From assembly GCA_963776245.1 (NCBI GenBank), contig CAVZLN010000008.1, positions 64,001 through 128,000 of the forward strand: a stretch of DNA of 64,000 nucleotides, in the 5' to 3' direction. The notes beneath the pieces are model-generated. The model was not told where the DNA came from. It ran no database searches and saw only the letters and a list, made by a program, of their open reading frames with translations. Shown piece after piece: positions 46,184 through 56,921 of this stretch. The position numbers and the translations under genes were made by a program. This DNA is from Candidatus Eiseniibacteriota bacterium (GTDB taxonomy: Bacteria > Eisenbacteria > RBG-16-71-46). Position 1 is the stretch's first letter, and the number at the start of each line of letters is the position of its first letter.

Positions 46184-47332
46184 ATGTCCTTCGACCTCAC
46201 CGCACTGCTCAGCTTCGCGAACGACCAGGGGGCCTCCGACCTGCACATCTCGGCCCGGCCTGCCGCCGCTGCTGCGCATCCGCGGCGAGATGGTGCGTCT
46301 CGAGATGCCGCCGCTCAGCCGCCGAGGACGCCCAGCGCGGCGATCTACGACCTGATGAAGGACGACCAGAAGCGGGTCTTCGAGGAGCACCACGACCTCG
46401 ACTTCGCGTTCGAGATCCCGGGGTTGTCGCGCTTCCGCGCCAACGTCATGATGCAGCAGCCGCGGCGAGGCCAGGCGGTGTTCCGCCTGGTGCCGACCGA
46501 GGTGCGGACGCTCGAGGAGCTGGGGATGCCCGCCGGTGCTCAAGGAGCTCGCCGAGAAGCGAGCGCGGACTGGTGGTGGTGACCGGGCCGACCGGCTCGG
46601 GCAAGTCGACGACGCTCGCGGCGATGGTGGACTACATCAACGAGAACGCTGCGCGGCCACATCCTCACGGTCGAGGACCCGATCGAGTTCGTGCACACGT
46701 CCAAGCGCTGCCTCGTCAACCAGCGCGAGGTCGGCCCGCACACCAGTCGTTCGCCAACGCGCTGCGGGCCGCGCTGCGCGAGGACCCGGACGTCATCCTG
46801 GTCGGCGAGCTGCGCGACCTCGAGACCACCCAGCTCGCGATCACCGCCGCCGAGACCGGCCACCTGGTGTTCGGCACGCTGCACACGAACTCGGCGTCCA
46901 AGACGATCGACCGCATCATCGACATCTTCCCCTCCGGCCAGCAGGCGCAGATCCGCACCATGCTGTCGGAGTCGCTCGAGGGCGTGGTCGCGCAGACGCT
47001 GCTGCCCAGCCAAGGACGGCAAGGGCCGGGTCGCGGCGCTCGAGGTGCTGGTCGGCGTGCCCGCGCTGCGCAACCTGATCCGCGAGGACAAGACCGCGCA
47101 GATCCTGTCGGTGATCCAGACCGGCGCGCAAGCACGGCATGCAGAGCCTCGACCAGTCGCTGCGCGAGCTGGTCATGCAGGGCCGGCTCTCGCGGGCGGA
47201 GGCGATGCGGCACGCTCGTCGAGCCCGCAGGTCTTCGAAAGCCCCGTCCCGGCCGTCCCGGGCGGCGCGCCGGCCGGCCCGCGGCCCCCGGCGGCCGCGG
47301 CCACCAAGCTGCCCGGGGTCCTGTCGCGCTAG
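46184..47332 (+). CDS. pilT: Type IV pilus retraction ATPase PilT (several indels)
   Basis: GASDLHISA, RFRAN, VTGPTGSGKSTT, EDPIEF, LREDPDVILVGELRD, AAETGHLVFGTLHT, NLIRE, MQSLDQ. Confidence 0.9.
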
Positions 47333-47349
47333 TTCGGACGGAGACCACC

Positions 47350-48477
47350 ATGGACCTCGATGGGCTGCTGACCGAATTGCACGCGCGCGGCGGGTCCGAC
47401 CTCTACCTGAGCGCCGACTCGCCCCCGCTGTTCCGGGTCGATGGCTCGACCATCGCGCCGCGGAGGAGCGTCCGCTCGACGCGCCCACGGTCGAAGTCGC
47501 TGATCCGCGCCGCGCTCTCCCCCGCCGAGCAGGAGACCATCGATCGCACGCTACGAGCTCAACACCGCGCGCATGCTCGCCGGGGTCGGGCGCTTCCGGT
47601 TGAACGTGTTCCGGCAGCGCGGCCAGCTCGGGCTGGTGGCGCGTCTCATCCCGATCGACTTCCCCGACGTGGAAGCGCTCGGGCTGCCGGGCTCGCTGCG
47701 CGAACTCGATCATGCAGAAGCGCGGGCTGGTGCTGGTCACCGGCGCGACCGGATCGGGCAAGTCCACGACCCTGGCGGCGCTCATCGACCACCGCAACCT
47801 CCACACCCGCGGGCACATCCTCACCGATCGAGGACCCGATCGAGTTCGTGCACGACCACAAGGGCTGTCTGGTCACACAGCGCGAGGTGGGGGTGGACAC
47901 GGCGTCGTTCGCGGCCGCGCTCCGCAGCGCCCTGCGCCAGGCGCCGGACGTCATCCTGATCGGCGAGATGCGCGACGTCGAGACCATGGAGGCCGCGATC
48001 CACTTCGCCGAGACCGGCCACCTGGTGCTGGGGACGCTCCACGCCAACAACGCCAACCAGGCGGTCGAGCGCGTGCTCAACTTCTTCTCCCCCGAGCAGC
48101 AGGCCGCGCTCCTCGGCCAGATCGCGCTCAACCTGCGGGGCATCGTGTCCCAGCGCCTGCTGCCGCGCGCCGACGGCGCCGGCCGCGTCGCGGCGGTCGA
48201 GGTGATGCTCAATTCGCCGCGCGTCGCCGACCTGATCGCCAAGGGGGACATCGCCGCGCTCAAGGGCGCCATCGAGGGCAACGCGCGGGACGGATCGCGC
48301 TCCTTCGACCAGGCGCTCCACGAGCTCCACCGTGCCGGCCTGATCACCCTCGACGAGGCACTGCGCCAGGCCGACAGCGCGAACAACCTGCGGCTGCGGA
48401 TCAAGATGGACGCGGGCGTGGGGGACGCCGCCGACCGACCGCGATTCAGCCTGCGCCAGGAGGACGAGGCCGCCTGA
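47350..48477 (+). CDS. pilU: PilT/PilU-family ATPase PilU (several indels)
   Basis: GSDLYLS, RFRLNVFRQRG, VTGATGSGKSTT, RQAPDVILIGEMRD, AETGHLVLGTLHANNANQ, ADSANNLRLRIK. Confidence 0.9.
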   Translation: MDLDGLLTELHARGGSDLYLSADSPPLFRVDGSTIAPRRSVRSTRPRSKSLIRAALSPAEQETIDRTLRAQHRAHARRGRALPVERVPAARPARAGGASHPDRLPRRGSARAAGLAARTRSCRSAGWCWSPARPDRASPRPWRRSSTTATSTPAGTSSPIEDPIEFVHDHKGCLVTQREVGVDTASFAAALRSALRQAPDVILIGEMRDVETMEAAIHFAETGHLVLGTLHANNANQAVERVLNFFSPEQQAALLGQIALNLRGIVSQRLLPRADGAGRVAAVEVMLNSPRVADLIAKGDIAALKGAIEGNARDGSRSFDQALHELHRAGLITLDEALRQADSANNLRLRIKMDAGVGDAADRPRFSLRQEDEAA

Positions 48478-48492
48478 CCCGGGCGCCGCGGG

Positions 48493-49320
48493 CTACGGCA
48501 GCCGGCTGACGCGGCGCCTGCGGAGCGCCATGATCTCGCGCGCCAGCTCCTCGACCGCCATGTAGGAGGCGTCGAACGAGCGCCAGCCGTGCCGGTCCAT
48601 GAGCCGCTTGGCGTCGAGCACCTCGCGCTGGATGGCGCGCTCGTCGAGGTACGAATCCAGCGGAGCGCGTCCCAGCATGTGGGCGCGCGCCGCGCGCACC
48701 GTGGCGAGCCTCAGCGCGTTCACGTGCAGCCCGATCACCCGCGCGGGATCGAGGGCCTCCAGTTCGGGCGGCACCGGGACGCCGGGGACGATCGGCACGT
48801 TCGCCGCCCGGACGCCCTGGTAGGCGAGGTAGAAGCAGGTCGAGGTCTTGGCCGAGCGCGACACCCCGACCAGCACCACGTCCGCGGCCGCCAGTCCCTC
48901 GAGGTGCTGCCCATCGTCGTGCTGGAGCGTGTAGTCGATCGCGTCGTGGCGGTCGAAGCGCTCCCGCTCGGAGGAGTAGAGCAGGCCGGGCCGCGAGCGC
49001 GGGGCGGCCTTGAACAGGTCGTGCAGCGCCGAGAACGCGGGCCCCAGCACATCCACCGTCGAGACGCCCGACTGGGCCGCGGCGGTCGCCATCGCGGCGC
49101 GGGTCTCGAGACCCACCAGGGTGTAGAAGATGACCGCGCGCGAGCGGGCGGCGCGGCGCACGATCGCCTCGACGCGCCGCACCGTGCGCACCTGGCGGCG
49201 CCGGACCACGGTGTAGCGCTGGCCCTCGAACTGCACGATCGCCGCGTTGAGCAGCTGGGCGCAGGTGTCGCCCCGGCCGTCCGAGATCACGTAGATGGTG
49301 GGCGGGCTCGTGCGTGGCAT
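48493..49320 (-). CDS. PEP synthase/PPDK regulatory kinase-pyrophosphorylase (DUF299)
   Basis: IYVISDG.GDT, FYTLV, DAIDYTLQHDDG, ADVVLVGVSRSAKT, ANVP, AVEE. Confidence 0.88.
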   Translation of the reverse strand: MPRTSPPTIYVISDGRGDTCAQLLNAAIVQFEGQRYTVVRRRQVRTVRRVEAIVRRAARSRAVIFYTLVGLETRAAMATAAAQSGVSTVDVLGPAFSALHDLFKAAPRSRPGLLYSSERERFDRHDAIDYTLQHDDGQHLEGLAAADVVLVGVSRSAKTSTCFYLAYQGVRAANVPIVPGVPVPPELEALDPARVIGLHVNALRLATVRAARAHMLGRAPLDSYLDERAIQREVLDAKRLMDRHGWRSFDASYMAVEELAREIMALRRRRVSRLP

Positions 49321-49370
49321 GGCGACGCCGAGTCTAGGGGATGCGGACCCCGTCCGCATCCCGACGCCGG

Positions 49371-50786
49371 TCAGAACTGCGCCTTCTCCGTGCTCCCCTC
49401 GAGCGCCAGCGTGGACGCCTGGCCGCTCGCGATCACCTGCATCACCTGGTCGAAGTAGCCGGTGCCCACCTCGCGCTGATGGCGCGTGGCGGTGTAGCCG
49501 TGCGCCTCGGACGCGGACTCGGCCTCCTGGAGATCGGCGTAGGCCGACATGCCGCGGGTGCGGTAGTCGCGCGCCAGTTCGAACATGGCGTGGTTGAGGC
49601 TGTGGAATCCGGCCAGCGTGACGAACTGGTACTTGTAGCCCATCGAGCCCAGCTCGCGCTGGAACTCCGCGATGGTCGCCGCGTCGAGCTTGGCCTTCCA
49701 GTTGAACGACGGGCTGCAGTTGTACGCCAGCAACTTGCCGGGGAAGTCGCGGTGGATGCCCTCGGCGAACGCGCGGGCCTCGGCCAGGTCGGGCGTCGAG
49801 GTCTCGCACCACACCAGGTCGGCGAACGGCGCGTACGCGCGCCCGCGCGCGATCGCGCACTCCAGCCCGCCGCGGTAGCGGAAGAACCCCTCGGCGGTGC
49901 GCTCGCCGGTGAGGAACTCGCGGTCGCGCGGATCGATGTCGCTGGTCAGCAGCCGGGCGCTGTCGGCGTCGGTGCGCGCCACGATGAGCGTGGGCACGTC
50001 GAGCACGTCCGCCGCCAGCCGGGCGGCGACCAGCGTGCGGATGAAGTGCCCGGTCGGGATGAGCACCTTGCCGCCGAGGTGGCCGCACTTCTTCTCGGAG
50101 GAGAGCTGGTCCTCGAAGTGCACGCCGGCGGCGCCCGCCTCGATCATGCTCTTCATCAACTCGAACGCGTTGAGCGGGCCGCCGAAGCCGGCCTCGGCGT
50201 CGGCGACGATCGGCACCATCCAGTGCCGCCGCGCCGGCGCGGGCTTGCCGTTGCCGTTGGCGTGCCCGTTGAGGGACCCCGTGGGCCGGGCGCCGTTCAG
50301 CGCTCCGGCGGCGTGGCCGTTCTTCGCCGCGGCCTCGAAGGCCTCGGCATGCTCGATCTGGTCGGCGCGCATGAGCGCCTGATTCAGCCGCTTCACCACC
50401 TGGGGCACGCTGTTGGCCGGGTAGAGACTCTGGTCCGGATAGGTCTGCCCGGCGAGGTTGGCGTCGGCCGCGACCTGCCAGCCGCTCAGGTAGATCGCCT
50501 CGAGCCCGGCCTTCACCTGCTGCACCGCCTGGCCGCCGGTGAGGGCGCCCAGCGCGTTCACGTACTCGCGCGTGGCGAGCAGGTGCCAGAGCCGGCGCGC
50601 GCCCAGCGCCGCGAGCGTGTGCTCGACCTGCACGCTGCCGCGCAGGCGCTCGACATCGGCCGCGGTGTACGGGCGCTGGATGCCGTCCCAGCGCCCGCGC
50701 GGGACCAGCCGCTCCCACGGCGCCGGCGGAACGGCCGCGGACTCGGGAGTCCAGTCGTGGTCGGGCGGGATGCGTGAGGCGCTCAT
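49371..50786 (-). CDS. aceA: Isocitrate lyase
   Basis: [61 protein letters not shown]. Confidence 0.97.
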   Translation of the reverse strand: MSASRIPPDHDWTPESAAVPPAPWERLVPRGRWDGIQRPYTAADVERLRGSVQVEHTLAALGARRLWHLLATREYVNALGALTGGQAVQQVKAGLEAIYLSGWQVAADANLAGQTYPDQSLYPANSVPQVVKRLNQALMRADQIEHAEAFEAAAKNGHAAGALNGARPTGSLNGHANGNGKPAPARRHWMVPIVADAEAGFGGPLNAFELMKSMIEAGAAGVHFEDQLSSEKKCGHLGGKVLIPTGHFIRTLVAARLAADVLDVPTLIVARTDADSARLLTSDIDPRDREFLTGERTAEGFFRYRGGLECAIARGRAYAPFADLVWCETSTPDLAEARAFAEGIHRDFPGKLLAYNCSPSFNWKAKLDAATIAEFQRELGSMGYKYQFVTLAGFHSLNHAMFELARDYRTRGMSAYADLQEAESASEAHGYTATRHQREVGTGYFDQVMQVIASGQASTLALEGSTEKAQF

Positions 50787-52453
50787 GATGGAACCTCCGG
50801 GTGACGGTGGGGTGCGGCGCTCGGGGTCGCGTGGGGGGCGTCGTGGATGCGGCACAGCGGGCCGTAGGCGGACAGGGTCAGGAACTCCTCGAGCGCCGGG
50901 GCGGTGGCGACGCGCAAGAACAGGCGCGTGGCCTCGTCGAAGCGCCCGCTCGCGAAGCGCTCCTCGCCGAGTGCCTGCCGGACGCGCGCCATCTCCTCGT
51001 CCAGCACGCGCTCGACCAGTTCCCGTGTCACCCGAGATCCGTCCTCGAGCGCCGCGCCGTGGTGGAGCCAGTGCCAGATCTGGGTGCGCGAGATCTCGGC
51101 GGTCGCGGCGTCCTCCATCAGGTTCTCGAGCGGCACACAGCCCACGCCGCGCAGCCAGGCCTCGAGGTACTGCACACCCACGCGCACGTTCAGGCGCAGC
51201 CCGTCGAGCGTGCGCGTGCCGGTGGGGACACTCAGCAGATCGGCGGCGCTCACCCGCACGTCCTCGCGCCGGCGCTCGAGCTGGTTCGGCCCCTTCATGT
51301 GGGCGTCGAACACCTCGCGCGCCACCGGCACCAGGCCGGGGTGGGCCACCCACGTGCCGTCGTGTCCGTCGCGCACCTCGCGCAGCTTGTCCGCGCGCAC
51401 CCGGGCGAGCGCCGCGGCGTTGGCGTCCGGGTCGCTCTTGATCGGGATGAAGGCCGCCATGCCGCCGATCGCGTGCACGCCGCGGCGGTGGCAGGTGCGC
51501 ACCGCCAGTTGCGTGTACGCGCGCATGCAGGGCTGCTCCATGGTCACCTGCACGCGGTCGGGGAGCACCGCCGCTGCGTCGTCGCGGCGGGTCTTGATGG
51601 TCGAGAAGATGTAGTCCCAGCGACCGCAGTTGAGGCCCGCCGAGTGCTCGCGCAGCTCGAACAGGATCTCGTCCATCTCGAACGCCGCGGGCAGGGTCTC
51701 GATCAGACAGGTGGCCTTGATGGTGCCGCGCCCGATCCCGAGCGCCTGCTCGGCGTGCACGAACACCTCGTTCCACAGTCGCGCCTCGAGATGGCTCTCC
51801 AGCTTGGGCAGGTAGAGGTACGGGCCGGTGCCGCGCGCCAGCAGCTCCGCGGCGTTGTGGAACACGTAGAGCCCGAAGTCGAACAGGGCGCCGGGCACCG
51901 CGCGGCCGTCCACCTCCACGTGACGCTCGGTGAGGTGCAGACCGCGCGGCCGCATCATGAGCGTGGCGGTGCGCGCCCCGAGCGTGTAGCGGCGGCCGCT
52001 CTGCGGGTCGTCGAGCGCAATGGTCCGGCGCACCGCGTCCACCAGGTTGGACTGCCCCTCGAGCAGGTTGTCCCAGGTCGGCGCGGTGGAGTCCTCGAAG
52101 TCGGCCATGAACACGTCGGCGCCCGAGTTGAGCGCATTGATGATCATCTTGCGGTCGACCGGCCCGGTGATCTCGATGGTGCGACGCTCGAGGTCCTTCG
52201 GCAGCGGCGCGACCGTCCAGTCGCCGGCGCGCACGTGCGCGGTCTCGGCCAGGAAGTCGAGCGTCTCCCCCGCCGCGAGCCGCGCGCGGCGCGCGGCGCG
52301 GCGCGTCAGCGCGGCGTCGATGGGAGCGGTGAAGCGGCGCGCGAGCCCGGCGATGAACGCGAGCGCCTCGGGCGTGAGCACCGCGTCGTGGACGGGGCTT
52401 GCGGCACCCCTGATGGCCACCCCTTCCGGGGTCCTGCTGGTCGTCTGTCGCAT
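50783..52453 (-). CDS. aceB: Malate synthase A
   Basis: [69 protein letters not shown]. Confidence 0.97.
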   Translation of the reverse strand: MRQTTSRTPEGVAIRGAASPVHDAVLTPEALAFIAGLARRFTAPIDAALTRRAARRARLAAGETLDFLAETAHVRAGDWTVAPLPKDLERRTIEITGPVDRKMIINALNSGADVFMADFEDSTAPTWDNLLEGQSNLVDAVRRTIALDDPQSGRRYTLGARTATLMMRPRGLHLTERHVEVDGRAVPGALFDFGLYVFHNAAELLARGTGPYLYLPKLESHLEARLWNEVFVHAEQALGIGRGTIKATCLIETLPAAFEMDEILFELREHSAGLNCGRWDYIFSTIKTRRDDAAAVLPDRVQVTMEQPCMRAYTQLAVRTCHRRGVHAIGGMAAFIPIKSDPDANAAALARVRADKLREVRDGHDGTWVAHPGLVPVAREVFDAHMKGPNQLERRREDVRVSAADLLSVPTGTRTLDGLRLNVRVGVQYLEAWLRGVGCVPLENLMEDAATAEISRTQIWHWLHHGAALEDGSRVTRELVERVLDEEMARVRQALGEERFASGRFDEATRLFLRVATAPALEEFLTLSAYGPLCRIHDAPHATPSAAPHRHPEVPS

Positions 52454-52578
52454 GTGAATAGTTTTGACTCGCGAGGCCATTGAAAGGTACTAAAAACCTG
52501 CGCGCACAGTCGATTATCATGTAGCAATCTGAAATCATCTTGAAGTCACTTTGTAATGTCTGTAATGTCCAAGCCCTC
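52454..52578. promoter_or_regulatory. AT-rich divergent promoter region with tandem 9-bp repeat, probable RamB operator
   Basis: Markedly AT-rich; tgtaatgtc repeated at 52552-52569. Confidence 0.55.
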
Positions 52579-54021
52579 ATGCCCACGCCCAGCAAGGGTC
52601 TCGGACGCAAGGTGCGCACCCTGCGCGTGCGCGCCGGGCTCACCCAGGCGGCGCTCGCCGAGCGCCTCGGGGTCTCGACCTCCTACCTCAACCTGATCGA
52701 GAACGACCGCCGTCCGCTGCCGGCCGCGCTGCTCATCAAGCTGGCGCAGGTGCTCGACCTCGATCTCAAGACGGTGGTGGACGCCGCGGACGCGCGGCTC
52801 GCCGGCGACCTGGCGGAGGTGTTCGGCGACGCGCTGTTCGAGGGCCTGGCGCCCGCCGAGCGCGAGGTGCGGGACCTCGCGGCCGCCAGCCCCGGGCTGG
52901 CGCGCGCGGTGCTGCACCTGCACCACGCCTACCGCGCCGCCCAGGCCTCGGCGCAGACCCTCGCCGCCCAGGTGCTCGACGGGCAGGACGTGAGCGGGGT
53001 CGACCGCACCGTGCTCTCCTCGGAGCAGGTGACCGACTTCCTGCAGCGCCACGCCAATCACTTCGACGAACTGGAGTCCGAGGCCGAACGGGTGTGGAAG
53101 GACGCCGGGCTCGAGGGCGAGGACCTGTTCGGCGCCCTGTGCGCCTACCTCGAGCGCCGCCACCAGGTGACGGTGCAGGTGGTGAAGGTGGGCGCCATGC
53201 GCGGCGCGATGCGGCGTTTCGATCCGGCGGCCCGCACCCTGGCGCTCTCGGAGGTGCTGCGGCGCGGCTCGCGCAACTTCCAGGTCGCCTACCAGATCGG
53301 CCTGCTCGAGTGCGGGCCCGCGCTCGACCGGCTGACGCGCGACCCGGCGCTCACCTCGGACGAGGCGAAGTCCCTCGGCCGGGTGACGCTCGCGAACCAG
53401 TTCGCCGCCGCGGTGCTCATGCCCTACGCGGCCATCCTGCGCGCGGCCGAGGAGGAGCGCTACGACCTCGACCTGCTCCAGCACCGCTTCCGCGTCAATT
53501 TCGAGCAGGTCGCGCACCGGCTGTGCACGCTCCAGCGCAAGGGCGCCGAGGGCGTGCCCTTCTTCATGGTGCGCATCGACATCGCCGGCAACATCTCGAA
53601 GCGCTTCAGCGCGAACGCGGTGGGCTTTCCGCGCTTCGGCGGGCTGTGCCCGCTGCGCAACGTCCACGCGGCGTTCCTCCAGCCCAACCTGCTGCGCGTG
53701 CAGGTCTCGCGGCTGCCCGAGGGCACCGCGTTCTTCTCGGTGGCGCGCACCATCCGCCGCCACCGCGGCGGCTTCCACGCCCCCGAGGTGCTCTACGCCA
53801 TCGAGCTGGGGTGCGAGCTCGAGCACGCGCGACGGCTGGTGTACGCCGACGGCATGGACCTCGAGAGCGCCGCCGGCGTGGTGCCGGTGGGGCTCACCTG
53901 CCGGCTATGCGAGCGCATGGACTGCCGCGCGCGCGCCTTCCCCTCGATCCAGACCCCGCTGGCGGTGGACGAGAACGTGCGCGGGCTGTCGTTCTACGCC
54001 CCCGTGGACGAAACCCGCTAG
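52579..54021 (+). CDS. ramB: RamB/ScfR-family XRE regulator (short-chain acyl-CoA regulator)
   Basis: XRE HTH ([24 protein letters not shown]), [46 protein letters not shown]. Confidence 0.88.
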   Translation: MPTPSKGLGRKVRTLRVRAGLTQAALAERLGVSTSYLNLIENDRRPLPAALLIKLAQVLDLDLKTVVDAADARLAGDLAEVFGDALFEGLAPAEREVRDLAAASPGLARAVLHLHHAYRAAQASAQTLAAQVLDGQDVSGVDRTVLSSEQVTDFLQRHANHFDELESEAERVWKDAGLEGEDLFGALCAYLERRHQVTVQVVKVGAMRGAMRRFDPAARTLALSEVLRRGSRNFQVAYQIGLLECGPALDRLTRDPALTSDEAKSLGRVTLANQFAAAVLMPYAAILRAAEEERYDLDLLQHRFRVNFEQVAHRLCTLQRKGAEGVPFFMVRIDIAGNISKRFSANAVGFPRFGGLCPLRNVHAAFLQPNLLRVQVSRLPEGTAFFSVARTIRRHRGGFHAPEVLYAIELGCELEHARRLVYADGMDLESAAGVVPVGLTCRLCERMDCRARAFPSIQTPLAVDENVRGLSFYAPVDETR

Positions 54022-54584
54022 GACGTAGCGCGCCCCGCGGCCCCCTTGAGGAGCTCGCGGTACCGGGCGCGCAGCTTCTGGACCTTCGGCGTGATGGTGG
54101 CCCGGCAGTACGGCTGGTCGGCATTTCGCGCGTAGTAGTCCTGGTGATACGCCGCGGCGGGGTAGTACGCCTCGAGCCGCTCCACCTGCGTGACGATCGG
54201 CGAATCGAACACCTGCGCCGCGCCCAGCGCCGCGATCACCTCGCGCGCCACGCGCTCCTGCTCGGGCGAGTGGAAGAAGATGGCCGAGCGGTACTGCGAG
54301 CCGACGTCGGCGCCTTGCCGGTCGAGCGTGGTCGGGTCGTGGAAGGCGAAGAAGATCTCGAGCAGGTCGCGGTACCCGATCACCCCGGGATCGAAGGTGA
54401 CCTGCACCACCTCGGCGTGGCCGGTGGCGCCGGTGCACACCGCCTCGTACGACGGGTTCGGGACGCGGCCGCCGGCGAACCCCGACACCACGCGCTCCAC
54501 CCCCGCCAGTTCGGTGAAGACCGCCTCCATGCACCAGTAGCAGCCGCCCGCGAGCGTGGCGGTCTCGGTGTGATGCGTGCTCAT
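54018..54584 (-). CDS. msrA: Peptide-methionine (S)-S-oxide reductase
   Basis: AGGCYWCME, PSYEAVC, GHAEVV, HDPT..DRQG.DVG.QYRS, YHQDY, PYC. Confidence 0.93.
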   Translation of the reverse strand: MSTHHTETATLAGGCYWCMEAVFTELAGVERVVSGFAGGRVPNPSYEAVCTGATGHAEVVQVTFDPGVIGYRDLLEIFFAFHDPTTLDRQGADVGSQYRSAIFFHSPEQERVAREVIAALGAAQVFDSPIVTQVERLEAYYPAAAYHQDYYARNADQPYCRATITPKVQKLRARYRELLKGAAGRATS

Positions 54585-54687
54585 GCGATGTCCCTCCGGT
54601 GAGGCGCGAGGATACGACTCTGGTATCGTGGCGCGCGACCTGACCCACCGGCGAGGACCTCCCGATGACCGCACGCCATCCGTTCCG

Positions 54688-55584
54688 ATGCGCCCCGCGC
54701 TGACCCGGCTCGCCCTGTTGGGCGGCATCCTCGCGGTCTCGACCGCCTCGCTCCTCGTCCGCTACGCCCAGGCCGACGCGCCCTCGCTGGTGATCGCCGC
54801 CGGGCGCCTCGGCATCGCCACCCTGGTGCTCGCACCGCTGGCGCTGGCGCGCCACCGCGTGGCGCTGCGGGCGCTCACCCGCGGCGACCTCGCGCTGGCG
54901 CTGGTGGCGGGCGCGTTCCTGGCGCTCCACTTCGCCACCTGGATCGCCTCGCTCGAGCGCACCAGCGTCGTGTCGTCGGTGGTGCTGGTGACCACCGCGC
55001 CGCTGTGGGTGGCCCTCCTCGCGCCCCTGGTATTGCGCGAGCGCCTCGCCCCGCTGGCCCTGCTCGGGCTCGCGGTCGCGCTCGCGGGCGGGGTCGCGAT
55101 CGCGCTCGGCGACGCCGGAGGCGGGGCGCTCGCGGGGCACGCGCTGGGCGGCGACCTGCTGGCGCTCGCGGGCGCGTGGATGATGGCGGGCTACCTGCTG
55201 GTGGGGCGCCGGCTGCGCACCCGGCTCGCGCTGGTGCCGTACGTGTTCGCGGTCTACGGGTGCGCGGCGGTGCTGCTCGCGCTCGCGGTGCTGGGCGCGG
55301 GGCTGGATCCGCGCGCGCTCCCGCCGCGCGCCTGGGGTTGGATCGCGCTCTTGGCGCTCGTCCCCCAGTTGCTGGGCCACAGTTCCTTCAACTGGGCGCT
55401 GCGCTTCCTGCCCGCGGCACTGGTGTCGATCGCGCTGCTGGGAGAGCCGGTCGGCTCGGCGGCACTCGCCTACGCCGTGCTCCGCGAGACCCCTTCGGCC
55501 CTCACGCTCGCCGGGGCCGCGCTCATCCTGCTGGGCGTGTTCCTCGCCGTGCGCGCCACGCCCGCGGCGGCCGCCCCCGACTAG
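54688..55584 (+). CDS. DMT/EamA-family transporter
   Basis: About 10 TM; LALHFATWIASL..TSV, GDLLAL, QLLGHSSFNWAL, GEPV. Confidence 0.88.
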   Translation: MRPALTRLALLGGILAVSTASLLVRYAQADAPSLVIAAGRLGIATLVLAPLALARHRVALRALTRGDLALALVAGAFLALHFATWIASLERTSVVSSVVLVTTAPLWVALLAPLVLRERLAPLALLGLAVALAGGVAIALGDAGGGALAGHALGGDLLALAGAWMMAGYLLVGRRLRTRLALVPYVFAVYGCAAVLLALAVLGAGLDPRALPPRAWGWIALLALVPQLLGHSSFNWALRFLPAALVSIALLGEPVGSAALAYAVLRETPSALTLAGAALILLGVFLAVRATPAAAAPD

Positions 55585-56895
55585 GTCGCCTTCGCGGCCT
55601 CGCGGCAGAGCGCGTCCCACGCCACGCGCACGTCGTCCTCGGTGGTGCGCGGATTGCCGATCGCCAGGCGCAGCACCGTGCGTCCCGCCAGTTCGGTGCT
55701 CGAGAGGAACGCTTCCCCGCTCGCGTTCACGCGCTCCATGAGCGCGGCGTTCGCCGCGTCGCTGGCGTCGCGGCGGAAGCACACCACCGAGAACGGGCGC
55801 GGCGCGCACACCTCCCACCCCGGGGTCGGCGCGCACCCAGGACTCGAACACCTCCGCCAGGCGCACGTGCTCGCGGATGTGGCGCTGCAGGCCCTCGCGG
55901 CCGAGCGCGCGCAGCACCGCCCACAGCTTGAGCGCGCGGAAGCGGCGCCCGAGCACGGGGCTGTAGTCCATGAGGTTCACCCCGGCGCCGTCGTCGGTGC
56001 GCAGGTATTCGGGCACCAGGCTGAACGCGCGGCGCAGGTCGTCCGGGCGGCGGCTCCAGAACAGCGAGCAGTCCATCGGGGTGAACATCCACTTGTGCGC
56101 GTTCACCACCAGCGAGTCCGCGCGCTCCACGCCCGCGAATGCCCAGCGCAGCTCCGGGCACACCATCGCGCTGCCGGCGTACGCCGCGTCCACGTGCAGC
56201 CAGGCGCCCGCCCGCGCGCACGCGTCGGCGATCGCGGGCACCGGGTCCACCGAGGTGGTCGAGGTGGTGCCGACGGTGGCCACCACTGCGCACGCGCCCG
56301 ACAGGTCGAGCGTTTCGACGCGCATCCGGAACGCCGCATCCACCGGGAGCTTGCGCACCTCGAGCCCGGCCATGCGGCAGGCCTTCTCCACCGAGGAGTG
56401 CGCGTGCTCCGAGCACACCACGACGCGCCGCCCGGGCGCGGCGTCGCGCGCCGCGACCAGCGCCGCGAAGGTGGAGGTCGAGGCGGTGTCCTCGATGTGC
56501 CCGTGCCAGCCGTCGGGCAGGCCGAGCAGTTGCGCCACCCAGTCCACCACGTGCAGCTCGAGCTCGGTGAGCGCGGGCGACGTGCGCCACAGGAACCCGA
56601 CGTTGTTGAGCGTCGCGGCGATCAGCTCGGCGAGGATGCCGGGCTCGAGCGCGGTGCTGGCGAAGTAGGCGAAGTCGCGCGGGTGCTGCCAGTGCGTCAC
56701 GCCCGGCAGGATGAGCGTGTCGAGATCGCTCAACAGCGCGGCGAAGGGCTCGCCCCGCTCCGGCGGATGCTTCGGCAGGCGGGCGCGCAGTTCGCCCGGC
56801 GCGACGGGCGCCAGCACCGGGCGCTCGCGCAGGGTCTCGAGATAGCGCGCCGCCCACTCGAGCGCGGCGGCGCCGTCCGCGCGGAACGTGCTCAC
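55581..56895 (-). CDS. PLP-dependent aromatic L-amino acid decarboxylase-like (indel ~55.82 kb)
   Basis: GVTHWQHP..FAYF, SPALTELE, HAHSSVEKA, HVDAAYAG, NAHKW, GRRFRALKLW. Confidence 0.9.
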
Positions 56896-56921
56896 GGGTC
56901 CCTCGCTCCCGCCCGCCCGGC

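Noticed and set aside
43549..48477. 1642-aa ORF in the track
   Set aside because: A chimeric stop-free frame in high-GC DNA that drifts in and out of pilT/pilU through indels.
49371..52643. Apparent 1090-aa extended AceA or AceB-AceA fusion
   Set aside because: aceB is in another frame and ends at 50783, and aceA starts at 50786 with its own RBS.
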